DNA of 58,930 nucleotides from Chromera velia (Eukaryota): NCBI GenBank assembly GCA_018398765.1, contig JAHBMJ010000036.1, positions 1 to 58,930 of the forward strand, read 5' to 3'. Shown piece by piece: positions 25,401 to 40,208 of this stretch (position 1 is its first letter; each line of letters starts with the position of its first letter). The notes under the pieces were generated by a model. It saw only the letters and a program-made list of their open reading frames with translations, ran no database searches and was not told where the DNA came from. The position numbers and the translations under genes were made by a program.

Positions 25401-26353
25401 AGGGTTCCTCAAAATCAGCAGCAGTGGAAGTCTGAGTGAGTCGGTGGGGGTGTGGGTGTCGGTCCGGGCAAATTCAGTGCCGTGCGCAAGAGAGATGATG
25501 CACGTGTGTGTGTCTGTATCCTGATACCTTTTAGAGTCGGTGTATCGTCGGTACACGTCCAAAGAAAAAGTCTTCGTATCGAAATGGGTGTCTTCAAGAA
25601 CACGGACAGCCCATAACTTCTTTCTGTCTGTTCTCCGTGGTCTTCTTTGTATGTAAAGTTTGTGCAGGTCGGAAGCCTTGCTCGTACTTCATGGCGCAGT
25701 CCTAAATATGCGTGCATGTGTGCGTCTGTTGTGTGCAGGTCGGAAAGCAGGGTCCTACTTCACGGTGGAGCCAGGGACAGAAGATGAAGAGCTCTGGGAG
25801 GTGGTCGACCACGGCTCCGGTCTGTATGCGTTTTGGAATCGCAAGTCGAAAAGGTGGCTTGTCGGGCTGCCGGCTGGGCCTGCGGGGGGACATGTGACAA
25901 CAAATAGCGCCGTGCTGCCTTCGGACCAGACGGATGACTGGCTGTGGACAGCTCGAGACAACACGGGCAACGGAAAGTTTGTGCTGAAGAACAAGGGGAA
26001 AGACAAGTGGTTGTCGTTCAGCTCGAGCAACACGGGAGTCGCTTGGGCGACCACCGACTCTGTCAACAACGAGCTGCGGTCATACTTCATTGGTCAGTCG
26101 GTGTTTATCTGGCATGTGTGTTTTTATATGTAATTCGTTTGGGTATTCATACATTTGTGCACACCCGCAGGAGCGCGGTTCAAATCGTTGATTGTCCGAT
26201 CCAATCAGGAAGCATGGTCTCTAGTGGAGAAGCGGAATGAAGGACCTAATGAGCACTCTGCTGCTGTGTATCGTAGCATTGTATCCCATCAGCACAGCGG
26301 TTCCTGCGTGTCCAAAAGAAAAACACAGAAAAGAAGAACGGACGCAACAACGG

Positions 26354-26399
<46 letters not shown>

Positions 26400-26690
26400 A
26401 AGAAAAGAAAAGTCAACTCCGCTCTTGTATGGTCCTCCCCTCCTCTGCAGCCCCGAAGCCCCACGTGTTCCCCTTCATCGGTGCCACCGTGGGTATCTGG
26501 AATGAATTCTGGAAGAAATGGGTGGGCATGGACGCAGAGACCCCCTTCAAGGTCCGACCGTACAACCCGGGGTGGAACTTGGGGTCCTCCAACACGGCTG
26601 AGCAGTTCAAAGTGATTGACATGGGCGAGGGACATGTGAGTGAGTGAGTGGGGATCTTCGGTTTCTCTCCATCTCTCTTTGTGTGTGTTG

Positions 26691-26731
<41 letters not shown>

Positions 26732-28742
26732 GAGTGAGTGAGTGAGTGAGTGAAAGGAAAAGGAGATCAGCCGTATACTCTGTCTATCTACCTATCTACC
26801 TATCTATCTATCTATCTTATCCATCCATCCATATGTGTGTGTGTGTGAGAGAGAGAGAGCCTTGAGTTTCTTCGTGTGTCTTTCTTTGTTCGACTACAGG
26901 CAGAATGGGTCTGTTTTTTTGCCTGTACATGAAGGTTCTTGATCACTTTTTGATGGATGTGAGGCTTCCTGATGTGATCGAATGAGTGCTTCGTTGACAG
27001 TGAGAGCGGCTTATGGCCTCTTCCTTTGACGCTTCCCTGCATTTTTTGTGCTTGCAGGTGGGATTCTTCAATCCTGTGTGGAAGAAGTTCATCACTTGCT
27101 GGGCAGATGGCAAGATTAACGGCAATGGTGGAATAAATTCGGGCAATCCTTGGAGCAAAGGAGGGGGCGGGTAAGTGTTTTCTTTTGTTTTTGTTTATTA
27201 AGCATGAAGGTTGAACGGGAAATTCACGCAGAAAGGAAGGAGTCGCCATGAAATGCAGAAACTTCACTACGAAAGGAGCCCAGAACCTTCTTTGCAGTGT
27301 CCTCTGTGCCTTCTTTGCTCTGTTGTTGTCATTCGTCTTCGTTTCCCATTTGAGAAACAAAAAAGGAAGCCTCAGGCCGAATCCCAGCCAGTTTCTTCGT
27401 TGTTTTCAGGTCGGTCATGAAGGTTGATGCACATACATGCATGAGGATGGATCCCTTTGCATGCATGCCTTTTCCGTTTTCATGCATGCAGCTCCTACGA
27501 ACGAATGGTCATCAACGGGAACCCCGACGGCTCTGTTCACTTCCGGTGGGGAGGGGGCGGGGGGCAGGCGAGAGAATGGATCTGTTTTGGAATCTTTTTT
27601 CATGGCCTGAGTGTCCTCGCTTGTCTTCTTTTTGCTCTTCTCTGTTCTCTTTATTTCTTCTCTTTGTACTCTGTGTGTGAGAGAGAGGGAAGGAGAGGAA
27701 GAGAGAGAGCATGACGGCGGAGCGTGTGAAGAAAGAGAGAAAGGGAGAGGAAGAGGGGGGAGACTCAGACAGAGAGGGATTCAAGAAGAATCGATACGAG
27801 ACAGCACATCCTTCGGCCAGACGGCTCCCGTATCTCTTTCTCTCTCTCCCACTCTTAAGTGAGTAAGTGCATGCGAGAGTGAAAGTGTGTATGCACGCAC
27901 CCCCTCTTTCAAAAGCTCAGCAGACGCACAGTCCATGGCCCCCCCCACTCACTCGCTGTTCCTTCCCACACTGCAGTGAAACGCGCCCTCCAAGCCGTCC
28001 TGCCGGTCTGGGCGATAACACAAAAAGATGATATTCGTATGTGTTGCATGTGTGCGTGATTCAAATTTTTTATGTATGCATATTTGTACATACATGCAGA
28101 TGCGCCAAGCAGTCTTCCCGGGTCTGGGCGATGACGTCGACCGACGTCGTCAGCAGTCCCTCCAACACGAAAGTGGCTGTCTGGGAACAGTTCCATATTG
28201 TCGTCTTCAGTGAGTTATGCACGAGAGATTCCGAACCATCGTTCAGAGACTTGTGCAGAGAGAGCTGCATTTGGTTCCCGTCTCTGTCACACCTTCCCTG
28301 TCCCTCTCTTTGTCTGCTGCTGATCCTGTGAAAGGGCACTAATTGTTCCTGCGTGGGAGGCTACGTCGGGCCATGCTTGAATTGAGAAACTGTTTGTAGT
28401 CGCTTTTTTGTCTCAGTCTACTGACACATGAATTCTCAATCGTCTTGGGCATTTTGTTTCTTTCTGTCGACTAAAACAAAAGTCTCCTCGGAGACTGGAC
28501 ACCAGACGGCAAAGTCGTCGTGGTGGCTGATGTCATTCATTGTCTTCTGACGAGCACAGCTGCTTTCTTTTCGGATCGTGTGTGGATATTGAAGAAGATG
28601 TAGCTGCCCGAAACAAGTAGCCATCGAGCTACATGCATGCACAATGCCGGAGTCCATCGACCAAAACGTTGCGAAGACCGTACAGTCGTCGTCAACTTCT
28701 CCAATTCTTTGTGTCGGAATTCAGGCTGTTCTCTCTCCTTAT

Positions 28743-28798
<56 letters not shown>

Positions 28799-29063
28799 TC
28801 TGTGTACAGAATGGCCGGATAACCTCGTGGGAGGGCTCTGGAATCCTGAGCATAAGCGGTTCCTTCAGATGACCACCTCTGTTGATGTCGGGGTGAGCGA
28901 GTCGGCAGCTGATGCCGTCCTGCCGCGCACCTCGGGAGCGACCCGCTTCCTCCTCCACACTGACAACACACACCACGAGACAGCATTCTATGGACTGCAG
29001 GAAGGCCATTATATTTCGTCAGTCTGTTTCGTCGTAGGGTCCTTTCTCAGTGCTGTGATTTGT

Positions 29064-29123
<60 letters not shown>

Positions 29124-30686
29124 AATTCTTCCCGCCTCTGTCAGTCGTTCAATAATTTGCCCCATCGTGGTTGGTTTTGAGTGCCTTTACGCGCCCGTCG
29201 ATACACAGAAATGCATCCCAAGGCTCCACTCTCTCTGTTCTGTTCCTTGATGGAGTGGGCCACAGAAAGGGAGAGGCAAAGTGAAAACAGAAAGTCGGAC
29301 TTCACTCATTTTTGACTGTGCAACGACACCCTCGCTCCCCCATGGAAATAAATACCTGATTGAAGGGCTCAAGTCAGGGCACTGAGCAGCATCCGAGCTG
29401 GCTTCTGATTTTTGTTTGTTTCTCCATACTTGCATGTCTTCTCTCCTCAGAGCACGGAGCAGCGGCAAAATCGGCAAATCACCACAAGCGGCCCGGGGTA
29501 CCTTCAGCTTTACGGGATCTGCGAACGCACGGTGGGTGGTCACGTGGATGTGTGAGGGTTCGGTTTTGGCCTCGAAGTTGTTTCAACGAGTGCTTTCCTG
29601 TGACCATCAAATGAGCTTTCGAGAAGTGAAAATGTCTCCGTCATCTGCAGCGTCCCCCCCTGTGGAAATGCGGCTCCCGTTTACTGTGTGTTCCCTTAAA
29701 TTGCCTTTTCATCTTCTTTTTTTTGTTTTGTCACACACCAAAGAAGAGAAGAAGGCTCAAAAAGACGCAATATGCTTCTGTTTCCCACTTATTCATTCTT
29801 TGTCGGCCCACATCCGACCTATCTGTACGCAGGTTCATCCCTGTGTACTTCTCGATGCTCGGTGGAGGAATGGCTTTCTTGAACCCCCAGACCTCCAACT
29901 TCATCCGAATGGACTCAGCCACGAATACGGGACTGCTGACGGGATCCTCTAGAAGGGTACCACAGAACTTTTGGACTTGGGAGATCTTCCGAATGGTCTT
30001 TGGGAGTCAGCCGTCTTTCTTTGTGTCTCTGTCGTTCCACCGAATGCGTCTGCGTGTGAATGTATGCACAAGATGAGTGTGTGTGTGTGTGTGTGTGTTT
30101 GTGTGTAGAGCCTTATGCGTAATGTGGATGTCTGTGTTGAAGACTCAGACAGAAAGACCGTTTGCCATGTGATGCTTTTGTTCCTTCACTGACGGCCTGC
30201 CTTTCTTCCTTCCGATTGTAGCACGGAATCCTGTCAGAACCTTCTGCTTTGTTTTGCTGGCTTTACTCATGGCTTTCCCCGTTTCCTCTCCTGTAAAGAG
30301 TCCCCCTGCGCGCGTGCTTTTGTCCTCTCTCCACAGACGCTCCCCGGGCAGGCGGCTACTCGACTCACGTTGGATGGACGACCTGCTCGCGCTCGTGCGG
30401 TCTGGGGTTTCAGGTGGGTTGGTAGGTGTGTGTGGTGTGTATTTGGGCGTGGGTGCATGGGTGAGGGGGGTGGAAAGTCACAGAGAACAGTCATTAAAAA
30501 AGATGCATGAGTATGGTGGATGGCGGGGTAGGGGGGGCTCTTCGGGTCTGTCCGTTCTTTTTTGTTGTCTTTGGGAATTCTGACTCTGCCTCTCTGACTG
30601 TGCGTGTTGGAGGCCGTGGGCTGGAACCACACCTATAGTGCCGAAAGATCGGGCTCGAATAGAAGGTTGTGTGTGTGTCTGTGTCT

Positions 30687-30728
<42 letters not shown>

Positions 30729-31547
30729 TCAGGTGAACAGGCGCACTTGCACGAACCCCCCTCCTGATTTTGGCGGTGCCGTCTGCTCAGGCCTCGGGGC
30801 TTCCTCGACTACCCGCTCCTGTAATCCTCAGCCCTGCCGTCAGTCTCTCTCTCTCTCTCTCTCTCTCCGTCTCTCGATGTTGAAAGGAAGAGTCGCTAAG
30901 ACGTTTGAATTTTCTTCGTCTCGTCTGAAAATTAATCTTCTCCTCTCCAGGGGCACCGTCAGCCCGTCGGACCTAGACGGATGGGTCGAGTTATTTGACG
31001 CTTGCAGTGCTCGGTGCGTGCGTGAGTACTCCATTCGTCCTATCACCTGGGCAAAAGAGGGTTGCAGAGGGAAGGAATAATGGCATTTCGAGAATGAGGA
31101 AGCGAAAAATTGTCTTTCTGCAGCTCTGTGCATGTCACTTGATTTGCTCATGCACCCAGACCGCCCAAAAAATTGAACAAAAAGCCCAAAAAACCAACTG
31201 CATAGCCCTTGAGTCCCCCCCCTGTGGCATGACACACCAACTGAGAGCCGCGCGCATCTCGCGCCAAATTCTTCGAGTCACTGTCACTTGCTGCTCGCAG
31301 TTCCTTTCTTTCTGTTTGACAAGAGAAATAACTCCCAAATCATTTCAAGAAAAAAGGCATGCTGACACAGTTGTTTGGCGCATGAGTGCTTGCAGCCGGA
31401 TCGTGCCTGTTCGAGAAGGAGTTGGCGGACTGTGAGCAGCAGGCCCTGCTGGGAGGGAAGAACGTTGAGGAGTGCGGCAAGTGCGAGTACCTTCGTGTGC
31501 AAGATCTGAGGTCGGTCTCGTGGCTGCTCGTGTGTGTGTGAGAGAGA

Positions 31548-31580
<33 letters not shown>

Positions 31581-31852
31581 GGGTGAGGGGAGGAGAGAAA
31601 GTCTTTCATTCAACGCAGCAGACCGGTATCATCGGCAAAATTTGAGTTTGGCAACGCTCATTATCTGCTCAACAGACACAGCAAGCCTGGAGGGAAAAGG
31701 GCTCGAAGAAATGGGGGCAGGTAGGACAGAAGGGAGGGTGCATTTCTTGGCTGGAAGGGACCTGCTCTTTTCTTTCTGGGCATACGCCAAAGTGTGAGGG
31801 GGGGCGTGCAAGCAGAAACAAGGAACAGCCCACTCTCGAGTGGAATATGCCA

Positions 31853-31887
<35 letters not shown>

Positions 31888-34800
31888 TTCCTTGCGCTCC
31901 TCCCCTTCACATGCACACACACGTGCAGGACCACAGCCCGGCCTGCCCCCGAGTCCTTCTATTGGGGCCAGAAGCTGCGAGTCGGGTGCTGGGAGCAGAG
32001 GTATGCGCTGGTGGACAAGAACAACAACGGAGGTGGGTCCAAAGCCTTTCCTCTCTCTTGTGAATGGATCTGATGTGTCTGTGTGGAAATTGAGCTGGAG
32101 CTGTGTCAGGACAGAGGAAAGAGTGGCGCTTGCTTCAGTCCTCGAGCGTTTCGCATGATTCCTTTCTCATTTTTTTCCAAAGGGAGACAGCACAGTTGCA
32201 TGTGACACAGCCGCTTCCCTTGGCCGTTGTTTCTTGACTGTTCTTATTGTCTGTCTTGTCGTATTGTTCTGCCTCCTTCTCTTCTGCCTTTTCCTTGCAG
32301 CCGTCTCTGACTTTTCCCTGACGTGTGTGGACGGGAAGTGGTACGATGAGTACGGGGGAGAGGGGTTTGAGAACTTCGAGTGCGCTGCGTGCGTGCAGGT
32401 GAGCTACGTGCATGGGAGTGCCTTCCATCTTCTTCTTTGCATGGATGATCCGAGAACAAATAGAGAGACAGAAAATAGGGGTTTGAGCGGGACGCTGTGT
32501 GCATACACGGGAGGAAAGCGAGTGACCCTGGGGAAGGGGGAAAGTCTACGAAGCTGGCATCATTTCTGCCTCTTCTCGTGTATCCCCTGTCCCTCTCCTC
32601 CTCATCCATCGACTCTGTCGTCCAGAAAAACGTGCAGTCCAACCCCTTTTTCTCTACGTGTATTTTTACTTTGCAGGTCGGCCAGCCGTCTCTGGGCCTT
32701 CTGGAGGCACAGGGCCTGGACCAGCACTACTTCTCTAGCAGACTCCCTGTGCAGATGATCTTGCAGGGCACTCCTTTGGACGGACACAGAGTCTCGTTCG
32801 GATCTGGATCTTCTCTCAGTGGGGAGGCGACTACGGGGTTCGTTTCTCTGCCTAACTTTGCTTGTGTGCGTTGGGTGTCTCATTTCTTCTTTTTTTCCTT
32901 GTTTGGTTGAGTGGCGGCAAGAAGCAGCTCTTTTGATTTATGGCGGGGGTTGTGAGGTTTCCCCTTTTTTCTCGCCCGTCATTGGAATCTGTTTGTGGTC
33001 GTCACTGCCTTTTTATTCTGTTCTTGTATGTGCTCTTTGTATGCAGAGGCACTTCCCTCCTCTCTGCGGATGATGTCTGGTTGTTGGACTCTGCCGCTGC
33101 CAAGGGACGGTTTCTCTTGAAGGGAAGGGGGGCAGCTGCAAACAAGTGTGCGGCATACGATGCAAATGGAGACTTCCAGGTTCGTCTCTCTCTTTGTGCG
33201 TGTTGGGAAGTGAACGTCATTTGCTTTTTGCTTGAAGAGCATTTGCGTCTGCTTTTTTACCAAGCTCTCAAATAAATCTGTGAGGAAGAATGGTCGAAAG
33301 ACTGCAGGTGGGACGCAACTTTATTCGACTGCGGTGTTGCATTCTAGTGTTTACAGTACAGTGGATTTGGGTGTGGGATTTTCTTCTCTCTTTACTTCTT
33401 TCTTCCTTCCGTGCTTGATTGCTTCCTTTCTTCATCTATCCTGCCGGTTCGCCGTCTCCTGGTGTTCTGCTCGTGCACTTGTCGGTTTCTTGGCTTTTCT
33501 CTCCGCTGAGTCCTTTTCTGATTTTTTCCTGCCGTCAACTCGTATGTACTCAACTGTTCCTTCCTTTTCTTCCCTTTTCTGTTTTCTGTCTCTTGCAGAC
33601 CTCCTCTTCGACCTGCAGCGCCACCTCGTCCTCCCAGATCTGGGACCCCGACCTTTTGGTGCAGGCAGCAACGGGGGCAGTGACCAGATTCGCTGAGTCA
33701 ACGACCGCCTGTGAGTCAGGAGAAATATAAGAGGCGGTTTGAAGACAGTAATCTACGGAAGGAGGACGAGAAACAGTGGAAAAAGAGAGGGAGAAAACGC
33801 TGGAAGCCTTTGCCCGGAAAACCTCATGCAAGTTCTTTTCTGTGGCATCCTCAGCAGGTAGAGTAAAAGAAAGTGCAGGAAGGCGAACTTTACCACGGAC
33901 CGCTCTCGCACTTCAACGGACGCTCTCTCTCTCTCTCTCTTTTTCTCTTTTTCTGTTCTCTCCTTGCAGCCAAAGGATTCTACCGTGCGGCCAACGGTGC
34001 CAGACTCAACACAGACTTCCCAACCACCCCCTTTGCCACTGACGGAAGCGCCATTGCGGCCCTCACCTTCTCCTTTCAGTCAGGAGGACCCCATGTGGCG
34101 GTCAGACGGTCAGTCCGCATGCATGCAAGAGAAAGAAAAGAAAGGCATTTCCATCCCCTCCCCCGAAAAAAAGGTGTGACCCGGCCTCCGTGACTTCGAA
34201 TGACCCATACATGCGGAGTGGAGCCGGGAGCTGGCGTTCCTTGGAGTGTGTGACTGCTGTCAAATGACCTGCCATGGAGGGGTGAGTGAATTCAAGCAAA
34301 AGTCGGGAAGCAAATGGAGGAAATGGAGAAAGCGGAGTGCTTCGCGGTGTGGATTCTGGCGCCATGATTCCCCCCCCCCCCNNNNNNNNNNNNNNNNNNN
34401 NNNNNNNNNNNNNNNNNNNNNNNNNNNNNNNNNNNNNNNNNNNNNNNNNNNNNNNNNNNNNNNNNNNNNNNNNNNNNNNNNNNNNNNNNNNNNNNNNNNN
34501 NNNNNNNNNNNNNNNNNNNNNNNNNNNNNNNNNNNNNNNNNNNNNNNNNNNNNNNNNNNNNNNNNNNNNNNNNNNNNNNNNNNNNNNNNNNNNNNNNNNN
34601 NNNNNNNCCCCCCCCTCTGTCTCTGTGTGTGTGTGTGTTTGTATTCTGTCTGTGCAGGTATTCCTTCGCAGTGTCTGTCCAGTCTGGCCTGGTGACTTCC
34701 CACACGGCTCAGATTGCGAAGAGTTCAACGAAGTGGACCATCGCGTGCGCTGACGGTTCTCTGATGCAGAGCGTGTCCGTGACGAATCTGGTGGGGTCGC

Positions 34801-37800
34801 CTTGGAACGCCATCAGGGTGAAGAAAGAGTGCGCGCCCATCAAGGTCAGTCAAAAAGAAAAACCGAGGAAGGCAAGCAGGGAGGGAATCACGGAGGAAGG
34901 CAGAAAGGATCCAAAGAGAAGCACATGGGGCAGTGCTGAGAGAGGAAAGGAGAAGGATGCGTCACGACCCCTTTTTTTCTTTTGCAAACAACTGGGCCGT
35001 CCTCGAAAACCCGCTTTCTTTTCGTTGTCATGTATTTGCTTGTCAAACTATCTCCCTCACTTTCGCCGTCTGCACACCAAAACCGACTTCCTTTATACTC
35101 GCACTGCTGTAGACGGACCGTTGTTGAAACGTTTGTGCCTGAGACCAACCTGTTTGCACCGTTGTCTCCCTTCTTTTGTTTGTTTGGGGGATCAGGTAGT
35201 TCCCTTCTGTGAGGTCAAGGACCTGTCGGTTGACAGTGCTTACTCAGGTCAGCAAAGAAAGAAAGACCTTGGAAGAAAAAGAAGGCAAGGGTGAATGCTT
35301 TTCTTCTTGGAGAATGGGCGGGGGGGGGGAGAGGAGCGGGGAATAGTGAGTGAGTTAGTGAGTGAGGGAGAAAGCAAGATTAGAGCCAGATAGAGGCACC
35401 GCAGTAGAAGTGAAGGAAAGCCACGGTGACCGCCCTTTTGTTTTGGTAGTTGGAGACCTCCTGTTTTCCTTACATGTTTCTTCTTGTTTGGTTTTTTTTT
35501 TTGTGTGTCTGTCTGCCTACCTGCATTCCTGCTTCTTCCCTCCTTTCGATTGCATCTGTTATTTTGTCTTCTTGTTTTTGCATGGTGATGTCATGCAGGC
35601 CAAGGCAATCTGGGAAGTCTTGTGGGTGTGGCAGACAGCGTCGACTGTCCTGCAGACATGGCACTGAAGAATTTTACTCTGAAGACTTTGGGGTCGACAG
35701 GAACAGTGACAGCGCGGTTCGCGTGCTGCTCTACTGGAACCGTGGCAGTGGCTCTCCAGGTGGGGNNNNNNNNNNNNNNNNNNNNNNNNNNNNNNNNNNN
35801 NNNNNNNNNNNNNNNNNNNNNNNNNNNNNNNNNNNNNNNNNNNNNNNNNNNNNNNNNNNNNNNNNNNNNNNNNNNNNNNNNNNNNNNNNNNNNNNNNNNN
35901 NNNNNNNNNNNNNNNNNNNNNNNNNNNNNNNNNNNNNNNNNNNNNNNNNNNNNNNNNNNNNNNNNNNNNNNNNNNNNNNNNNNNNNNNNNNNNGGGGGGG
36001 GGGGGGGGCAATGCGCCATGTATGACTGCGTGTGTGGGCGGGTGCATGTGGGTGTCCTCACCAGCGAGGTGTGTCATCAGTTGGTTGGCGTAATTGATTT
36101 CTGCCCCCTCAAGAGTAAAAAAACATCTGCAGCATCGCCACCCTCTATGCATATCCTCCCCCCTCTTCGTGCAGCCCCTCCCGAATGTGTATCACGGAAG
36201 CTCCGGCCTCCCCCCCTCCTCCCTGTCTGTGTACGAAGACTGGGAAGGCCTCTACTGCCCTGTGCAGAGGGACTTCACAGGGAGACTGGTCTTCGAACAG
36301 GTCTGGCGTGGCGGTTACATTTGGGTGTGTGGGGCGGGTTCAGGTTCAGAAGTCCTGTGTTTTGTCTCTGCAAATGGTACGGTATGGTTTTCAGATTCAG
36401 TAACAAGCTTTCCTATCTGTTTGGCTCGGTCGGTGAATTTTCGCCTCGGGGTTTCGTACCATTCCTTTTGTCACTGTGGGAAGCATGCTTGCTTCGGCGG
36501 GAGAAGAAAGGTCAAGCGACTTACGTGCATGAATCAGTGAGTGTGGGATCTCGAAATGAGTTTGTTACTTGTACTTCAATGGGCGTGTGCAGAAGAGCAG
36601 CTGGAAGAACCTGGACAGTTTCTTGCCTGCCTGGAAGACGTCCCTCTCTTTTAAGGAGGCCACAGCCTCGTGGTGCCTCAACGAGACCTCCCTGTGCTTC
36701 AAGTCCACAGCTGTGCACCCCGCACTGGTTGCGGAGACACTGGAGACTCGTGAGCTCCTCCCTCCGACTGGTAGGTCTGTGTTTATTGACGCGCCCCCTC
36801 CCTCCAGGTGTGGGGGGGGGCCTGTTGGTCTGCCTGCCTGTCTTCCGGTCTGACTCGCACCCACCACATTACATTTTCGAGACCCCTTTCTCAGTCCTTC
36901 CTTTCTGCACTTTTCTATTCTTCAGCACGAAGCGATGAATAGAAGTATTGAAAGAAGAAATGGGCAATCGATTAGTCCCCCACCTGCTTCTCTCCCCGCT
37001 ATCACTGCACAATACCCTGCTCATTCTTTTCTCCGCCTGCATGCAGCCCCTCCCACACCCGACGCGTTCTCCGTCTCCCTCATTTCGGACTTTGAGCCAG
37101 CCATCCCGAAAGACAAAGGCAAAGGAGAGCTCCTCATAGAGAGACCGGAAATGCCACAGAAACCCCCAAGACCCGACCTCCAGGAACTCTCTCAAATGAA
37201 CGTTGAGGAGAAATACGCACCCTACTGCAGGTCGGCAGGCGGAAAGCGCAGCAGAGAAGGGAGGGAGGGACGGACGGACGAACGAAATAAAAGAAATGTG
37301 AACAAAGAGAAGATCGGACTGATTGCGAGTTTTTTCTAAGGAGCTTAAAACCCGATCTCAAACGAGCAGAAACTTTCCATGCAGCCTCTGTCCACAATCC
37401 GTCGATCGTCCGAGCATCATTCGGATCCTCTGCCGCCTGTTGCGGACAGTCCAAGAGGTTCAATTCCCTTTGTAAATTTAGTCTGACAGGCCTCTCCCAT
37501 TTTTTTTCATTTCGATTTGTGGGTCTCCCCTCTCCGAATGAATGTGCAGAGCTGCAAAACCGCCGAAGAATTTCCCTCTCGTGAAGGATATGGACGAACT
37601 GGACCCCAAATCGGTTGGTGGTTGGCCTCTGGGGAGAGTGGGTGGAGTGGGGGGGATACGGTCAATGTGCCTCTCAGCATCTTCCTCTTCCATCCACTTA
37701 ATGCGATCAACAATTAAACGCTATGAGCATGGGAAGCAATGCTTTTGCTTCTCTCTTTTTTGTTGTTGGAAGTGTTTGTGACCCTGTTGCATGTTGTTTT

Positions 37801-40139
37801 TTTTGTTCAACCCTTCATGCACTCATGGAGCCTTTGGTTTTTCCGTAAGCGGACGAGCATGCCCTCGCATACGGATCGTTGGATTTGTAGCTGGTTGAAC
37901 TTCCCTTCCTCATTTTCCTTCCTTCATTTTCTCACACAGGGCCCCAAAGAAACGGCTTTCGGCATCACGGCCTCTGAAGCTGACGAAGAAGGCAACTTCC
38001 CGTGAGTCAAGGAAGAAATGGATCTCTCCGTGTCTGCCTGTGATCAAATTCATCCCCAGGCTCTCTTTCTCTCTCTCTCTTTCAAGTCTCTCTCGTGTGT
38101 GTGTGGGGGGGTATGTGAGTGAGGGGGGGAGGGGGGCAGGGCATTCAATGATCGACTCTGCATATGGGTGGACCTGCGTTCGGGGGGTCGACTATCCTTC
38201 TGACTCGAAACAGCTTCGACGAAGGTCCTTTATCTGTTTGTTCCGGTTGCTTGGCGCATGACAGCTGCTTACGTTGTGCTGACTTGAAAGCGGACCCCCA
38301 GTTCTGCTTCATTCTCCATTGCAGGCAACAACCTGTGTATTGAAATGCCTATCATCACTACGTGTTTGGACATGCTCTCTTCTGTGCATCTGCTCTCTCT
38401 GCTCACCCGCAGCCTTGGAGAAGAGTACTTGGGGCCTGATGAGGAAGTGGCAGCGATTGCAAAGAATCCATGTGAGTCGGTCAAATCATCTGTCGGTCTG
38501 GCTGACAGTCTGTAAATGTCTGCTCACCTCTTTGTGCACCAAACGCGTCAATCCACGCTGCCGTCATGCCGAATATCCTTCGAACTCCGTCTCCCTTTCA
38601 AGATTTATTTTGTCGGTTGGGCAGTCGGGTACCGCCGGCATTTACAGAAAGAAAAGCATTTTGTCCTTCCAGGTTTCTGACGATAGAAAGTTCCTTTTCT
38701 TTTCAATCTCCGCGGCTTATCCCGTCGTTGGTCTTTATGTTCGTTGGTGCGCCGCAACAATTGTGATGGTGTTTGCCTTTTGGATAAGTTTCTAAGGAGA
38801 CGAAGCACTCATTCGAGCGCGCGCGCGCACACACACACACACACGCACGTGCCTAAGTTCAGTACATGAATTTATTGCTACATACAGGTGGTTACATGCT
38901 CTACCAGTCCCGGGTGGAGACGGAGGAGCTGAAGATGGGGAGTGTTGCCGGCCTCTCCCCCAATTCTCAGAGCGGCACTCCTGGGAGTGGAATGAACTTT
39001 GAGCAGATCCTCAAGTGTTGGTCCAGAGAGTCCAGTAGAGAAGCGCAGATGGGGGGAGTGATGACAAAGATGGGCAGGGAGAGCGACGTGATGAACCTTC
39101 TCGTGTTCCCCACAGTCCAGATGTCACTCTGTGCAGCTCTGGCGGGAGCGGAGGTCACGGCAGCCCCGATGGGAATCGGCATCACAATCGTAGGTTTTTC
39201 CTCTATTGTGCTGCTTTATGTGTAATATGTCTTCGTTGAACGTTGATCCTGTTTTTGAACATATACAGGAGAGATCACAGCAGCCACTTCGATTCGAAAA
39301 GGGATTGACATTTCTCATTTTTACCTCGGTACACCTTTTTGACACTCTGTGAGTGTTTCCTCCTCTTTTTCTTCACTGATTTTCTCGCATGAATTTCGCC
39401 TGATTGCCTGCAGGATCTCGGGCAGATGTGCGAAAATGTGGTGGCCCAATCGAACGGTGTATTTGACTTCATCCAGAGTCAGTCAGACAAGCAATGCGCT
39501 TTGGACCGCTAGACAACCTTCCAAAGCATTTCCATTTTTCCATGTGTTGCTTTCTTCTGTCCTTTTCCTGCACTAGTCAATCGATCCTGTGTTTGAAGAG
39601 TGCATCGACCGAATTTGAAGCGAGAAGCGACAACAGGCACATCTTTGAAAGGAAAAGGTCCACAGATACTTAACACGGTACTGATTGTGCCGACCCCCGA
39701 TGTCCTCCTTCATTTGCCTATTGGCAAGTGAATGTCTTTCCCAGATCGTTTTGTGCTCCTTACAGTTTTCAGTTGAAACACCCGGAAAACACATTGCTGT
39801 GCTGAACTTGTTTTGCCTTTATTTCCTTGATTGCAGGCGAGAAGGCGAGAGGGGTTGAGGCAGCCTTTGGCGCTGTGGACGATTGCAATGGGAATGAGAT
39901 GGCATTCTCGAAGGTTTGTCTTTGCATGTCTTGGGATGATGTTTTGATGTACACGTCCGTTTTTCTGAGCTTTCCTTTGGGTCTGCATGGAAGGAGAGAA
40001 GGAGAAAAGGATGCAAACGAGAGATGGTGAATGCAAAGGAGAAGCATGTTAGATCGAATGCAGGACACTTTCGTTTCTCTTTTTTTTTAAACAGTAGACA
40101 TTCTTTCTGTCTCGCGGTGCATTCGTCTGTCTGATTGCC

Positions 40140-40208
<69 letters not shown>

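Noticed and set aside
34102..36938. Long ORFs containing X runs
   Set aside because: Artefacts of assembly gaps.
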